Positions 11,940-22,764 of a DNA stretch of 64,000 bases are shown here, one piece after another (positions within the stretch are counted from its first letter, which is position 1; each line of letters begins with the position of its first letter). The stretch spans positions 620,001 to 684,000 of the forward strand of contig AP039689.1 of assembly GCA_051599415.1 (NCBI GenBank), given 5' to 3'. The DNA comes from Savitreella phatthalungensis. Its lineage: Eukaryota. Under the pieces are notes generated by a model. That model was not told the DNA's origin, ran no database searches, and was given only the letters and a program-made list of their open reading frames with translations. The position numbers were made by a program, and so were the translations under genes.

Positions 11940-13286
11940 ATGCTCGCCTTTGCAGCGCTGTCGGCAGCCACGGCCAACGACATCCGACATCGAGACGCAC
12001 AAGACCGTAGGCGGAGCAGGTCGTCCATAGCCATCGGGGGAGAGCAGTCGCTGCAGCGCGTCCTTGCACCGACGCCTTCGATCCTCACTTCTGCAAGAAT
12101 TGAGAGATTGACGGGACATCGCACTACAGGTGGGAACGCACATCTTGACGCGCCCCCGCAACGTGATCCAAGGAACTCTCACAGTTCCATGGGCGGTCAT
12201 TCATCGCCTCATGGCTACATGAGCGTTGTACCGGGCCAAGCGCGATTGTCTCCACTTACGCTTCCAGAGTCTTCTAGCACTAGACGATTGCAGGACGGCG
12301 CGCGTCGCCGGGGACGCACCGCGAGAGGCACCAATGGTAGTCATGATGACGAATTTGTTGACGTTTCTCGACCGGCCCCTCCGGCGTATACAGCCGATGA
12401 TACAGAAGCTCACAAGCCAGCAGTCAAAGCGAAAGCCTTGCGCAAGCACGAGAAAAAGATGTCGAACGCCTTGAAAGAAGCAGAGCGTGTCCGCAAAGCC
12501 AAGGAACGCATCCGCGAACTTCTTCCGCAGCTCTACGCGCAATTGGAATCGACCGTATACAAGCCGCCAAAGCAGAAGCGCACACGCCGCTCTCCATTTG
12601 CACATCCTGAAAACGAAATCGAACAGGACAACCCTGACAAGTTCATCGATATCCGCTTCAAATTGCGTGGCGTTGATCCCGAGATGCTCGACAAGTATTT
12701 GCCTCGAATGTTTGCAGCGTATTGCAAGCAGGTAGAAATGACCGGGATTCGAGCATCTCGCGATCTAGCCCTCACACAGCCAGCGCACCCTGCCGCTGAT
12801 CTCCTCCAGCAATTCGACGAATTTCCTCTGACTTCGGAGCAAGGTCCAACGAACCCTACATACGAGGCAGATGAAGCTGCATTCGGCGAACCATCCGAGC
12901 TCTCCCGCCTCTCCTCATCAAGCACTGCGCTGCCGGAACCCGAAGGAATTCCGACAGATAGGGCGCATTCACTAGACCTGCGAGTCCCGCCACAGTCAAC
13001 TTACATCTCAGGACAACGAATCAAGAGCTCCCGAATACGCGTCCAGCCAAGATTTTTCGATGACTTCACCACAAAAGTCTACTTCTCTCGTCGATTTGTC
13101 GACATGTGGAAAAAGCGCCCTGCCACGGGCAAACGTGATGGACTGCCTGCTGCGATCGCCATGGTATTGATCGGTGTCAAGGTCGGTCTGCCTCTTTTCG
13201 ATGTGCTCACTTTCGCCTTGCTAGACGTCCCGCGCATCGCACTTCAGTCCATCACGGCACAGCACACGATGAGCATCCGCAAATGA
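11940..13286 (+). CDS. Hypothetical protein (448 aa), disordered N-terminus and hydrophobic C-terminal segment
   Basis: Long uninterrupted ORF; no family recognised; start uncertain. Confidence 0.7.
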   Translation: MLAFAALSAATANDIRHRDAQDRRRSRSSIAIGGEQSLQRVLAPTPSILTSARIERLTGHRTTGGNAHLDAPPQRDPRNSHSSMGGHSSPHGYMSVVPGQARLSPLTLPESSSTRRLQDGARRRGRTARGTNGSHDDEFVDVSRPAPPAYTADDTEAHKPAVKAKALRKHEKKMSNALKEAERVRKAKERIRELLPQLYAQLESTVYKPPKQKRTRRSPFAHPENEIEQDNPDKFIDIRFKLRGVDPEMLDKYLPRMFAAYCKQVEMTGIRASRDLALTQPAHPAADLLQQFDEFPLTSEQGPTNPTYEADEAAFGEPSELSRLSSSSTALPEPEGIPTDRAHSLDLRVPPQSTYISGQRIKSSRIRVQPRFFDDFTTKVYFSRRFVDMWKKRPATGKRDGLPAAIAMVLIGVKVGLPLFDVLTFALLDVPRIALQSITAQHTMSIRK

Positions 13287-13948
13287 CAAAATCTAAGCTC
13301 TTTGTCCGCCCGAATTAGCATCGCTCATACCCTCCAGTTTTCCCTTCCACGTTCATATGCAGCCGCAAGCAAGAAATCCTGTACCTATGTAACCCACCTG
13401 ACTATTTCGATCTGTCATGATTGATCTTCGAATGCCTTCATCACGCAACCAATTGGTTGTAGCTTTCAGCTCACACACGCTTGCAATTTGTGCTTCTTGC
13501 CAACCATATCAGCCTGACCCCGTACGTACCACATGCGAACTGTCATGAACCCGTTACTACTTGAATGAAAAATGTGAAAGGGCCGACGATGCTACGGCCA
13601 CAAGCTCTCAATCCTGCGGTCTTCGCGAGGAATTGGAAGATGGCAGGTGACTGTTTGCATCGACCCGTGATCTAAAAGAGAGGGAAAAGGGAGGAAGAAG
13701 GAGAAATACGGGACGCACCTTGGCCGCCTGTAATCTGTAAATCTGCCCCGCTGTGTGTATGTCTGTGTCGTTGCTTCGTGCGTGATGAATCCATGTATCC
13801 GTGCTGCCTTGCCAATTGTTCATTTCCTTTGCATTGAAATGATGAAAGTTTACTCAGCCATGCCGCGTCTTTCGCGAAGTCGGGCGCTATTTAAGCGAAA
13901 CCCTCGAGTGTGGGTCCTGGCTGGTGATGTTAGGGTCGTGTGCTCGCG

Positions 13949-14356
13949 CTATGAGCTTGCCGTCGTATCGCGACTGCCGTCTTGCGTCCCTGCCATGCTC
14001 GGCGTTGGTCCCGCTGCGGTTGAGAGAGTAGCTGTGTCATTGTCATCCACACCGGTATCGGTGTTGTCCATCCGTCCATCTCGACCCCGCGACCGACGCA
14101 TCGTTGTCCTTGCAAGACGCTCTTTTGCGCGATAGTACTGCTGATGTGTGTGCTCGAAAAGCTGCCTTTGGTAAGCGGAGGTCGGATCGTCGGTATGACT
14201 CGTTCTACTTTGACGGTGGCCATTTACCAGTGGCAATGTTGCTCCACGCTCTGCCTCGGCCGAAGCTCCAGACGATCGTCGGCGCGTGTGCTGTGTAGAC
14301 GCAGCGAGTATAGCATCCGCGTGCTGTGTAGCATTGGTAGCGAAGCTCGAGTCCAT
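13949..14356 (-). CDS. Small hypothetical protein (135 aa)
   Basis: ATG-initiated ORF in a gene-free gap. One helix-like block (SAYQRQLFEHTHQQY) in otherwise disordered sequence, plus an RRRSS site. Confidence 0.55.
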   Translation of the reverse strand: MDSSFATNATQHADAILAASTQHTRRRSSGASAEAERGATLPLVNGHRQSRTSHTDDPTSAYQRQLFEHTHQQYYRAKERLARTTMRRSRGRDGRMDNTDTGVDDNDTATLSTAAGPTPSMAGTQDGSRDTTASS

Positions 14357-15976
14357 GGTTATGATAATGTGTGTTTGAACTTAACAGATTATGTGGGAAG
14401 ACCTGATGATTTAAGGTTGTGCATAGGTAGCTACAAACAGGATTGTGGCCAACCACAGCGTTGTGTGCGAAGTGTTTGGCGCTCTTGCCTGTGATGTCAG
14501 ACAGAGGGAATGGAGACGATGATCAAGCCACAGTGTGGAATCATCTCTACAAGGAAACGTGCGAGCAGATGTGCCTGTTCTCCAATTATGGGCACCGACA
14601 AATGAGGACGTTGACCCCACTGCCACCTAGAAGGCAATCTCACAGATGTGCAGCATATTCACAGCATCGTACAATTGAGCGGCGAAACATGCCCTGGTAG
14701 CTCCACACAATCGATTAGATTAAGGAAGGCACGATAAAATTGTGGGCGCCATCATGTAAGCAATGAATCAGGACATGTCACTACATGAACCTTCGAAGTG
14801 TTGACGCTGTGGCTTTTTGGCGTTGATCGTCACAAAGAACAGGATATCCTGTCGAGGACGATTCTGAGACAATCTCTTGCCTGTGCTCTACTATGGGTCA
14901 AACAGCGGAATTCTCTGCATAAATCTTAGATACTGCTTATATTGAACTTCCTTGCCATGCATGGCTTGTGGGTCGACCCCGTGGATCACGGATGATTCTG
15001 GCTGGCGCCCATTGAATATCTATGCATACCCTCAGGGCCAAGCGCATTATGGCTTTATTTCGCTCTGGTGGATCATTGAGCAAGACGAGTGGCTGTTATA
15101 GCAAATAGCGATCAATTTCGAATGAATCAATTGAATTAGATCTGAGGCTGTTGACCGATAGACACGATTGATTCGCGTGTCCGTTGTGTGGCGTCCTAGT
15201 ATGCTATCAACCTCTAGCTCAAATTAGCGAAACGAGCTATCTCGAATTGACAAGACGATATGATTGGTGAAAAAACGACTCAGTCTCACAACGTATGAGG
15301 TCATTTTGACAATTTCTATTGCCTCTCGACGATGAGCGAGACTTCCTTAGCACGCACGCTACAAAGATACACCAGAGACGATCGAAAGCGTTGTTTGCAA
15401 GGTTGGCTCGTGAAGGCTCGATCGGGGCCAAGTGTGTCTCGAGAACATCTAAAGCAATCCTGTCAGCATCTCTGCATCAAGACGTCGTTGCTATCACCAG
15501 GATCAGATTCTTTGATGAAGCATGATTTTGTACGAAGATAGATGCGTCAATGGCTTGTGCCATCTATATTCAGAAACTTCGTGGCTTCATGAATTGCCTG
15601 TGCGCATGGCACAGTCTACGTGCAAGCTATTGACATCACGCGGCCAGTCTGAAGAATGCTTTTGCCGTGCGAGGCAATTCGACCATCTTGCATGTCTGCT
15701 TCTTAGATTTTCACGGCGGCGAAGAGTTAGATGAAGCGCCACAAAAAGCCTCAATTCGGACCCTATCTCAATCTTTTCGAGTGCCTCACATGCAGGCCAC
15801 TCGAAAGGTAAGAGGCGTCTGGATCAATGGCGCCGATGAATTACGTCCTCGATCAGCATGACGTTGCAGTTTCGCGTCGACGATGTCCGCGATTGATTCG
15901 AAGCGAAGACCCAACAGTCAGGCGCGACTTGAGATCAATTGTGTTCGTGATCGCGTCCTGACAATATGTGATCAAT

Positions 15977-17401
15977 TCATAGAAACTCGAGGCCAATCCC
16001 GAATTGCAGACCTTTGCGCACCGCGTCAGACTGTCTGGCGACCAAGGGCATGCCGAAGGACAGCTCGATTCGAGCGGCTGGATGCTTGAAGACGAGCCCG
16101 AGTCCTGATCCGATACTTGGTCTCGCTAGCCTCTGTCCGAGTGGCAGTCCAGGTTTATTCGATAAAGCAAGTGCTCCTGCATTGAGGTACCATTGCACGA
16201 AAATGGGCCATTGTGAGTGAATGTGTCTTGTGGCTGAGAGGCCAGCAGCCCAGAAGATGTCGCCTCCGATGTGATCGCGACCGCTGCTAGGGCCCAAACC
16301 ATTCATCTGGAAGCCGCGCACTGATTGCGGACCACCTAGGAAGAATCGATCGTGCATCGCTGGCTGCGTGTTGTCATTCGTGTGTTGCAACAAGCCTGAA
16401 CGTGCGGCTGCAGAGACCGCCCATCTCCCGAGCGACCCGTGCATTGACCCTGCGAGCTCGACTTTTGCATAATCATGATCTGCGCCAAGCAAGGACGAGG
16501 CCAGCTCTCCTGAAACAGCAAGAGAGTATCCTTGTGTCGGAAGAATCGCGTCGTTGCGTCGATCGCGCAGGATAGAGCAAGTGATTGCATGTTTGATCGA
16601 AGCGGGCGACTCTAGCAAGACCGCAGGGCCAGCAGCGGGGAAGATGTTCTCCATTCGCCGACTAACGGCGTGAAGGCCAATCTCATGCACTCCAAGGATG
16701 CTGAGATGCTTGATCTTCGCACTGATGCCGCGTTGACCCAACTCATGCGAGGCATGCAGTTGCTGTCTGGTGGCGGCATACGCTGACAGCTCAAAGATAG
16801 AGTTCGGCTTTGCATTGATGGGCGTTGTAAATCGGCCTTCGTACGATGTGCGCGTTCGAGTACCGACGGAGCCGCTTAGGTCGAGTGTCTCCGCACCACC
16901 AAAGACATTCCTCAGACTTGCTGAGGCATACGCGCTGCCTTCTTGATTGCCAAAGTCCGTGCCAGTCCTCGCAAGTAGGCGTGACTTTTCCCGCACTCGT
17001 ATTATGGCAGCCAGACAGCCATCCGGAGCGTTGTCACACTTATCAAGCTCAACATGGAGACGGTCGAAGATGTCGAGATCTCGAAGACGCTGAACGGCGT
17101 TGATCAATGTCTTTGTCACTCCATCGAGTGTGCCATCTTGAGTATCGAGAACGGGTCGAAAAAGCTTGAGCAAAAAGCTGTGACGTGTGTTTGGTGAGCC
17201 GAGCACTGCGATCTGTGAGATTGAGCTCGGTCGACTTCCATTGTGAGTCAGCAAATGAGAGAGTTGTTCCCTCGCCAGGGCGTGAAGCCGAGCTATCCGT
17301 TCCTGTGCTACGCTCTCCTCAACATTAGGCGAAGCATCTTCAGATGCTTGTGAGAACCCCGAACTCTCATCCAGATCAACCCTCAACCCCGGCTCTGCCA
17401 T
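15977..17401 (-). CDS. SAM50: Mitochondrial outer-membrane SAM complex beta-barrel (Omp85 family)
   Basis: POTRA-like region, RNVFGGAE, DRFFLGGPQSVRGF, C-terminal beta-signal GLQFGIGLEFL; ATG at 17401. Confidence 0.95.
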   Translation of the reverse strand: MAEPGLRVDLDESSGFSQASEDASPNVEESVAQERIARLHALAREQLSHLLTHNGSRPSSISQIAVLGSPNTRHSFLLKLFRPVLDTQDGTLDGVTKTLINAVQRLRDLDIFDRLHVELDKCDNAPDGCLAAIIRVREKSRLLARTGTDFGNQEGSAYASASLRNVFGGAETLDLSGSVGTRTRTSYEGRFTTPINAKPNSIFELSAYAATRQQLHASHELGQRGISAKIKHLSILGVHEIGLHAVSRRMENIFPAAGPAVLLESPASIKHAITCSILRDRRNDAILPTQGYSLAVSGELASSLLGADHDYAKVELAGSMHGSLGRWAVSAAARSGLLQHTNDNTQPAMHDRFFLGGPQSVRGFQMNGLGPSSGRDHIGGDIFWAAGLSATRHIHSQWPIFVQWYLNAGALALSNKPGLPLGQRLARPSIGSGLGLVFKHPAARIELSFGMPLVARQSDAVRKGLQFGIGLEFL

Positions 17402-17577
17402 TCCGAGCAACGGCCTGAACCCACGATCTTGGCCGTAGCTTGTGCTCGTAAGAAATATGAATTTCCTCTTCGGGCAAAAACATCAGGAAGGACGCAACAC
17501 GTTCACCGCTCGCCGTGACTGAATCGAAGACTGAATCGAACCTTCAATTCAACAAGAAGTCCGAGCCTGCCTAAATC

Positions 17578-18165
17578 ATGCTTGAGATTGCGACGGTATG
17601 TGCGTCGAACAACAATCGCTCGATGTCGGCTCATAAAGCTCTGCGAGACGCGGGCTATTCGGTAAATTCCTATGGCACGGGTTCTGCGGTACGATTACCA
17701 GGCCCACGAATCGATAAGCCGAACAATTACAGCTTCGGCACACCCTATGAGCAGATTTACAATGAGCTCAAGGCTCAAGATGAGCGGCTGTACAGGGCGA
17801 ATGGCTTGCTGACGATGATCGATCGCAATCGGCAGCTCAAGACTGCGCCTGAACGCTGGCACGATGGGAAGCTCAAGTTTGATATTGTTATCACATGCGA
17901 GGAGCGGTGCTTTGATAGCGTTTGCGAGGATATGCTCAATCGGGCTATCCAGCCGACAGCGGTAAGCAAGCCCGTTCACATCATTAACGTCGAAATAAAG
18001 GACAATGCAGAAGAAGCGGCAAAAGGTGCGGCAGCTATCCTCGATCTCGTCAAGACGTTTGAGGCCGCAGGCGATGACCTCGACGATCGGATAGCGGATC
18101 TCGTGGCAGAGTGGCAGGAGAAATACCCAAAGTTGCCGATCCTGCTCTCGTCACACTACTACTAG
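17578..18165 (+). CDS. SSU72: RNA polymerase II CTD phosphatase Ssu72
   Basis: VCASNNNRSM catalytic CX5R motif, SYGTGSAVRLPG, TCEERCFD. Confidence 0.97.
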   Translation: MLEIATVCASNNNRSMSAHKALRDAGYSVNSYGTGSAVRLPGPRIDKPNNYSFGTPYEQIYNELKAQDERLYRANGLLTMIDRNRQLKTAPERWHDGKLKFDIVITCEERCFDSVCEDMLNRAIQPTAVSKPVHIINVEIKDNAEEAAKGAAAILDLVKTFEAAGDDLDDRIADLVAEWQEKYPKLPILLSSHYY

Positions 18166-18200
18166 TGTTCACCTGATCTGGGCGATTTGAGGATGGCCAA

Positions 18201-18871
18201 TCATGCATGTATCGTATCTACGTTCGACTTGTCTTTCACCTCTAAGCTCCAGGGTTTGCTCAGCACCTTGCGCCTCAGATCCACCCGGTTTTGCCACTCA
18301 TGAGTCTCGTCCACTGTGTCAAAGGACGCATTGACATCGACCCGGTGCGCTTGTAGACGCGTCTCGCCGCGCCAGTCCGAAGTCAGTTCGCCTCTGACTC
18401 TAAAAAGACTGCCAACTTCGACGTCACAGGTGTTTGTGTCTTCATCAAAGCGGAGAGCTTTGGCGACTTCACCCTGGACGATTACCGGCATAATTGCGCC
18501 ACTCCCATCATCCACTAAATTCCCCGTCAGTCGATGATCAGACAGCAATTGATCCGGAGAACTCACGCTCGAGAACAAGACCAGATATCTTGCTGGTAGT
18601 TGTGACGGCAACACAGATGCCGAAGCATTGAATCCAGCGGATAGGATGATTGAGGTGAAAGCGGGCGTTGGTGTCTTTGACAGCAAGCACGTCAGTATTC
18701 GAGAAGCGAATCATAGTATTTGTGGGATGGCAATGACTGACTCTCAAACTCCTTGAGCACGCGCAGACGAACGGCATCACAGGCGAAGAGTTTCACCCAA
18801 GAACGATAGATCGGTGATCTGTCATAATAGTACGGGGCGTAGTACTTAGCGTCTGAGTGGTTGCTTGCCAT
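18201..18871 (-). CDS. STN1: Telomere-capping CST subunit Stn1 (OB fold only, 183 aa; exons 18871-18742, 18674-18567, 18514-18201)
   Basis: Spliced product reads ..SPIYRSWVKLFACD..FHLNHPIRWIQCFGICVAV..LELDDGSG..VGSLFRVRGEL..DETHEWQNR..VLSKPW, the Stn1 OB signature. Introns 18675-18741 (GTCAGT..CTGAC..AAG) and 18515-18566 (GTGAGT..CTGAC..TAG) both keep frame. Confidence 0.85.
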
Positions 18872-19113
18872 CACCCTGCATTGTTGACCTTTCGATGAGA
18901 CCGTTAGCGCAGGACACCGGCCTCGTCTTTTGTCGCGTCTCGAAGCGTTATAAATATTGGTACATAATGCTCACGTGAGCGCTTGATATCATGAGCCCAG
19001 CCTGAAATTCAAATTTTACCCTACCAAAGTCTGGACGGGCTTCATTCATGGGTGATATCGGGATATTCTATCTAGCAGTTTATACATGTCTTCAGCAGTG
19101 ACCATCAGGGATA

Positions 19114-20541
19114 TCATGATTGCCTTTCGAGCAAGCGTGTTAGGCGCAATAGAGCTAGCTTGAGTCGTAGCCGGACTCGAGGGACTCGCAGGGCACCATA
19201 GGTTGCCCCGAAAATTGTCATGAATGAGACAACCTTGACCAATCTCTGTATCGTTGCTGCTTGCCACTCCTCCCGCTTGACGACCTCCGAGTAGCGAATG
19301 TCGTCCCTGAAAGAGACCATAGTGTACATGGGCACCCAAGTACCCGGGATCAGTCGACCGAGCAAGCTGTCAGCGAACTTGCGAAGTCTGTATAAGCGAG
19401 ATGTAACTGATGACCGCATCTCCACGTAGTTGTTCATCGCCAGCTTCAAAATTGCGAGAACGTCTTCGTGTCGCGTTTTAGAATATTCTTCCAGTGCAAC
19501 CCCAAGGTCATGCAGATCTGTGGGAGTAACTGTATGCTTATCGAGGAGCTCGTTCAGCTTCCGAACATCCTCAAATCCGCAGTTCATACCCTGCCCATAG
19601 AAAGGGACCATTGCATGAGTTGCATCACCAAGCAGGATGACCTTATCCCTGTAGTGATGTGGCGAGCATCGGACCTGGACAAGGGCGGAGATCGGATTGT
19701 TTGTGTATGAGGCGGCCAGATTTTCGCGACCAATCTTTTCTAATGCATCTGGGAATTCCCTTTCGAAGAACGTCGTGATGTCCTCCGTTGACTTGATAGA
19801 GTCAAACAGCTGCTGAGGCGCGAATAAGGTCGATGTGAAGGACTTGTCAGGATTTGGCAGGGCGATAAGCATAAACTCTTGCCGTGGCCAGATGTGCAGA
19901 TGTTCCGGACTGAGACTGAAGTCGCCGTCGTCGGTCGGCGGAATTGAGAGCTCGAGGTAAGCGTGATCGATGTAATCCTGAGCAAAGTTCATGTGTTGAG
20001 CCTTCATAGCGATGTTGCGTACTGTAGAATTGACGCCGTCACACCCAACGACTAGGTCGGCCGATGTCTCGGTAAAGGCGCCATCGTCTGCCTGGAAGCG
20101 AAGCTTGCCAGCATTGAGATTAGCAGAAACGAGCCGGTGTTCGAAGTTTGCCGACACCTTCGCGTACTTGAGCGCTTCATTTAGGAGATCCAAATTCAGT
20201 TGTGCACGGTCGATCGATCTAATGGCTTCTCCAAACAGGCCATAGAGTTGTGATTCTTGCTTGCCGCCGACATGAATCATACGACCTTTCATAGGTATCG
20301 TATTCGTCTCGATTCTACTACGCAGGCCCGCATCGACGGATCCAATAGCACCTAATCCTCTCGCGGAAACGGCGAGGTTGATAGATCTGCCCTTGTTGAG
20401 CTTCTTACCGCGAATGTCTGACCGTGCTTCATACAGCTCAACTGTAAAGCCTCTCCTTGCAAAGGAAATTGCCGTGAGACATCCTACAAGACCCGCTCCA
20501 ACGACGACGACTTTGCCCTGTGGTTCAGCTACTGCTGCCAT
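19114..20541 (-). CDS. BNA4: Kynurenine 3-monooxygenase
   Basis: VVVVGAGLVG FAD motif, RSINLAVSARG, HLHIWPR, GDATHAMVPFYGQGMNCGFED, C-terminal TM segment; likely start MAAVAEP at 20541. Confidence 0.96.
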   Translation of the reverse strand: MAAVAEPQGKVVVVGAGLVGCLTAISFARRGFTVELYEARSDIRGKKLNKGRSINLAVSARGLGAIGSVDAGLRSRIETNTIPMKGRMIHVGGKQESQLYGLFGEAIRSIDRAQLNLDLLNEALKYAKVSANFEHRLVSANLNAGKLRFQADDGAFTETSADLVVGCDGVNSTVRNIAMKAQHMNFAQDYIDHAYLELSIPPTDDGDFSLSPEHLHIWPRQEFMLIALPNPDKSFTSTLFAPQQLFDSIKSTEDITTFFEREFPDALEKIGRENLAASYTNNPISALVQVRCSPHHYRDKVILLGDATHAMVPFYGQGMNCGFEDVRKLNELLDKHTVTPTDLHDLGVALEEYSKTRHEDVLAILKLAMNNYVEMRSSVTSRLYRLRKFADSLLGRLIPGTWVPMYTMVSFRDDIRYSEVVKREEWQAATIQRLVKVVSFMTIFGATYGALRVPRVRLRLKLALLRLTRLLERQS

Positions 20542-21324
20542 GTCAACGGATGTGAGACTCGAAGAATGATTTATCAGCAAGTCGACAGTTGGCGCACTGG
20601 TGTGTTCAATGTCGTTGAGCTCTGGTAGAATCGCCAGAGGAAGATCGGAATTCCAGGAAGTATTGTCCGGACCGACCTCAGGCTGATGCGTATGACGATG
20701 ATGTAGTTCTTCACCACAGTACATCATTAAAGGTTTAGGGGTGTGATCACATATCACGTTCGCTGGATCATACCTGGATATCATAAAATTTCAAAGAGAC
20801 CTTCAACATGATCAATTTAGATATCATATGCAGAGGATCCTGGAATTTCAATTTAATTGAGATATCAATCTCAAATTATCAAATGGATGATTTCACGTAC
20901 TACATGCATATATGCATATATAAAATAGGTAGAGAGGCACACGATATGTCGATCGAATAATTGATACATACGTACAGTGTGATGCATGGCCGGACAAATA
21001 ATTTGCATACTGTACATATGTGCGTGCATTGTACAGCACTTCTATAGATCGACGTTTATTGTATGAGCTACTGAGAAAAATCTAGTGCTCGACGATCGAG
21101 ACACCAACACAGCCCAAGAGATATCGGCAGGAGCATCTCCAGCGTCAATAGTCAGAGTCTCAGGCTCAGCTTCGTGTTCACAAAACTTACACGTGTGCTC
21201 ATCAGCACACAAGGGCCGTCCCTGCCAGAGTGCCAAATCAGACGTACTCGATTCTCAACTGCGTGGGATCCGAGCATTTGTTTGCTCACACATCTGTCAT
21301 AGGCCCGAGCATCCTGTTTTGACG

Positions 21325-21927
21325 ATGTTCCCTCTCTGCAGAAGCTGTCTAACGACAGCAAAGACGTTGGTCTCCGCTCCTGCTACGCTCTTCCGTCGTC
21401 AAACTCGGCCAATCACCACAAAAGATAACCAGCTACCAGGCCTGGAATACATCGGCCCAACACGTGCACAAGCTATCGCTGCAGAGCCTTCAGTAGCGAT
21501 CAAGTCGCGGAGACTGCCGACATCTATCAAGAAACTTGGTGCGCTCGCACGCCAGATACAGCGAAAGCCCCTCTCACACGCGATTCTGCAGATGAAGTTT
21601 TCAGACAAAAGACATGCACCACATCTCATGAAAGTTCTTCGGAACGCGGAGCGCGGCGCGATCAGCAAGGGCATGGACCCTGAATCGCTATTCGTCGATC
21701 TCGCCTGGGTCACCCGTGGAGCGTACGTGAAGAAACTCTTTATCAGAGGCCGTGGCCGTGCAGCCGTCCAGCGACGACCCCGCACGGGAATTGACGTTGT
21801 CATCAAGGACAAGACCACCACCGACAGGCGCGCGGACGAAAAACGTGTCAAGCTCTACAAGCAGATCAAGAGATCTGTCGTCGTGCCAGACCGTCCGATC
21901 CACGTATTCAACGCTTTTACCGCCTAG
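21325..21927 (+). CDS. MRPL22: Mitochondrial ribosomal protein uL22m
   Basis: TSIKKLGALARQI..AILQMKFSDK, AWVTRG, RGRGR; presequence after ATG 21325. Confidence 0.9.
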   Translation: MFPLCRSCLTTAKTLVSAPATLFRRQTRPITTKDNQLPGLEYIGPTRAQAIAAEPSVAIKSRRLPTSIKKLGALARQIQRKPLSHAILQMKFSDKRHAPHLMKVLRNAERGAISKGMDPESLFVDLAWVTRGAYVKKLFIRGRGRAAVQRRPRTGIDVVIKDKTTTDRRADEKRVKLYKQIKRSVVVPDRPIHVFNAFTA

Positions 21928-22239
21928 ATCTTCTCTTCGATTATGACTGTACGTACTGCAATAACTTGCTCGATCACACATTACCTTTGTCCTTTGGAGC
22001 TCAAATGTTGTCGAAAAGCACGCCGCATGTCCCATCGACCGTGTGCATTGAAAACGCCTGCATGCATATGAGCCGTTGTGCTTTTAGAATCTAAAACATT
22101 CGGACTTCATCGCGACAATCTGACAATTTCCAAATCAAATTGACCTTAGGGTCAAACTGCGCGATCGACGGAGAAAGCGACATCTGAAGACAGGCGTTTC
22201 ACGAGGTGTACATAGCACACTCCAGGTACACGTTTGTTC

Positions 22240-22601
22240 ATGCTATTCTTCTCCTTCTTCAAGTCTCTCGTCGAGACACAGGTCACTGTAGAATTGAAGA
22301 ACGACCTATGTATTCGAGGAACTCTCAAATCTGTCGACCAATTCCTCAACATCAAGCTTGCAGATATCGCTGTCGTTGACGAACACAAGTACCCACACAT
22401 GCGCGCTGTCAAAAGCATCTTCATTCGTGGCTCAGTGATCCGATACATTCATATGCCGAAGGATAACGTCGATACGGCGCTTCTTGAGGACGCAACTAGA
22501 CGTAAGTCCACCTCCGATCGGTTGGTTCTTGTCCGACGAACATTGACTGACCATATTCTCTAGGAGAAGCACAGGCTCAGAAAGAACGAGCAACTGCATA
22601 A
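22240..22601 (+). CDS. LSM2: U6 snRNA-associated Sm-like protein LSm2 (intron 22502-22563)
   Basis: MLFFSFFKSL..VELKNDL.I.GTLKSVDQFLNIKL; GTAAGT..CTGAC..TAG intron restores ..DATRREAQAQKERATA*. Confidence 0.95.
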
Positions 22602-22764
22602 GCACTCCGCTGCGGCCACATGCTCTGCACCACTATTGCTTACGCACGTTGCATGAATACCACCACTGTATCTACTCATTTTAAACGGTCTAATGTCATG
22701 CTGATACGAAGACGATGCCACCGTATGCATGCTGCTTTGTACAATTCCGCCGCTACTCCACCGA

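Noticed and set aside
14400..15970. Cluster of 60-85 aa ORFs
   Set aside because: No coherent splice model or recognisable domain
20542..20784. 81-aa N-terminal extension of BNA4
   Set aside because: Homology begins at the GAGLVG region; the extension looks like open 5' flank, though not excluded
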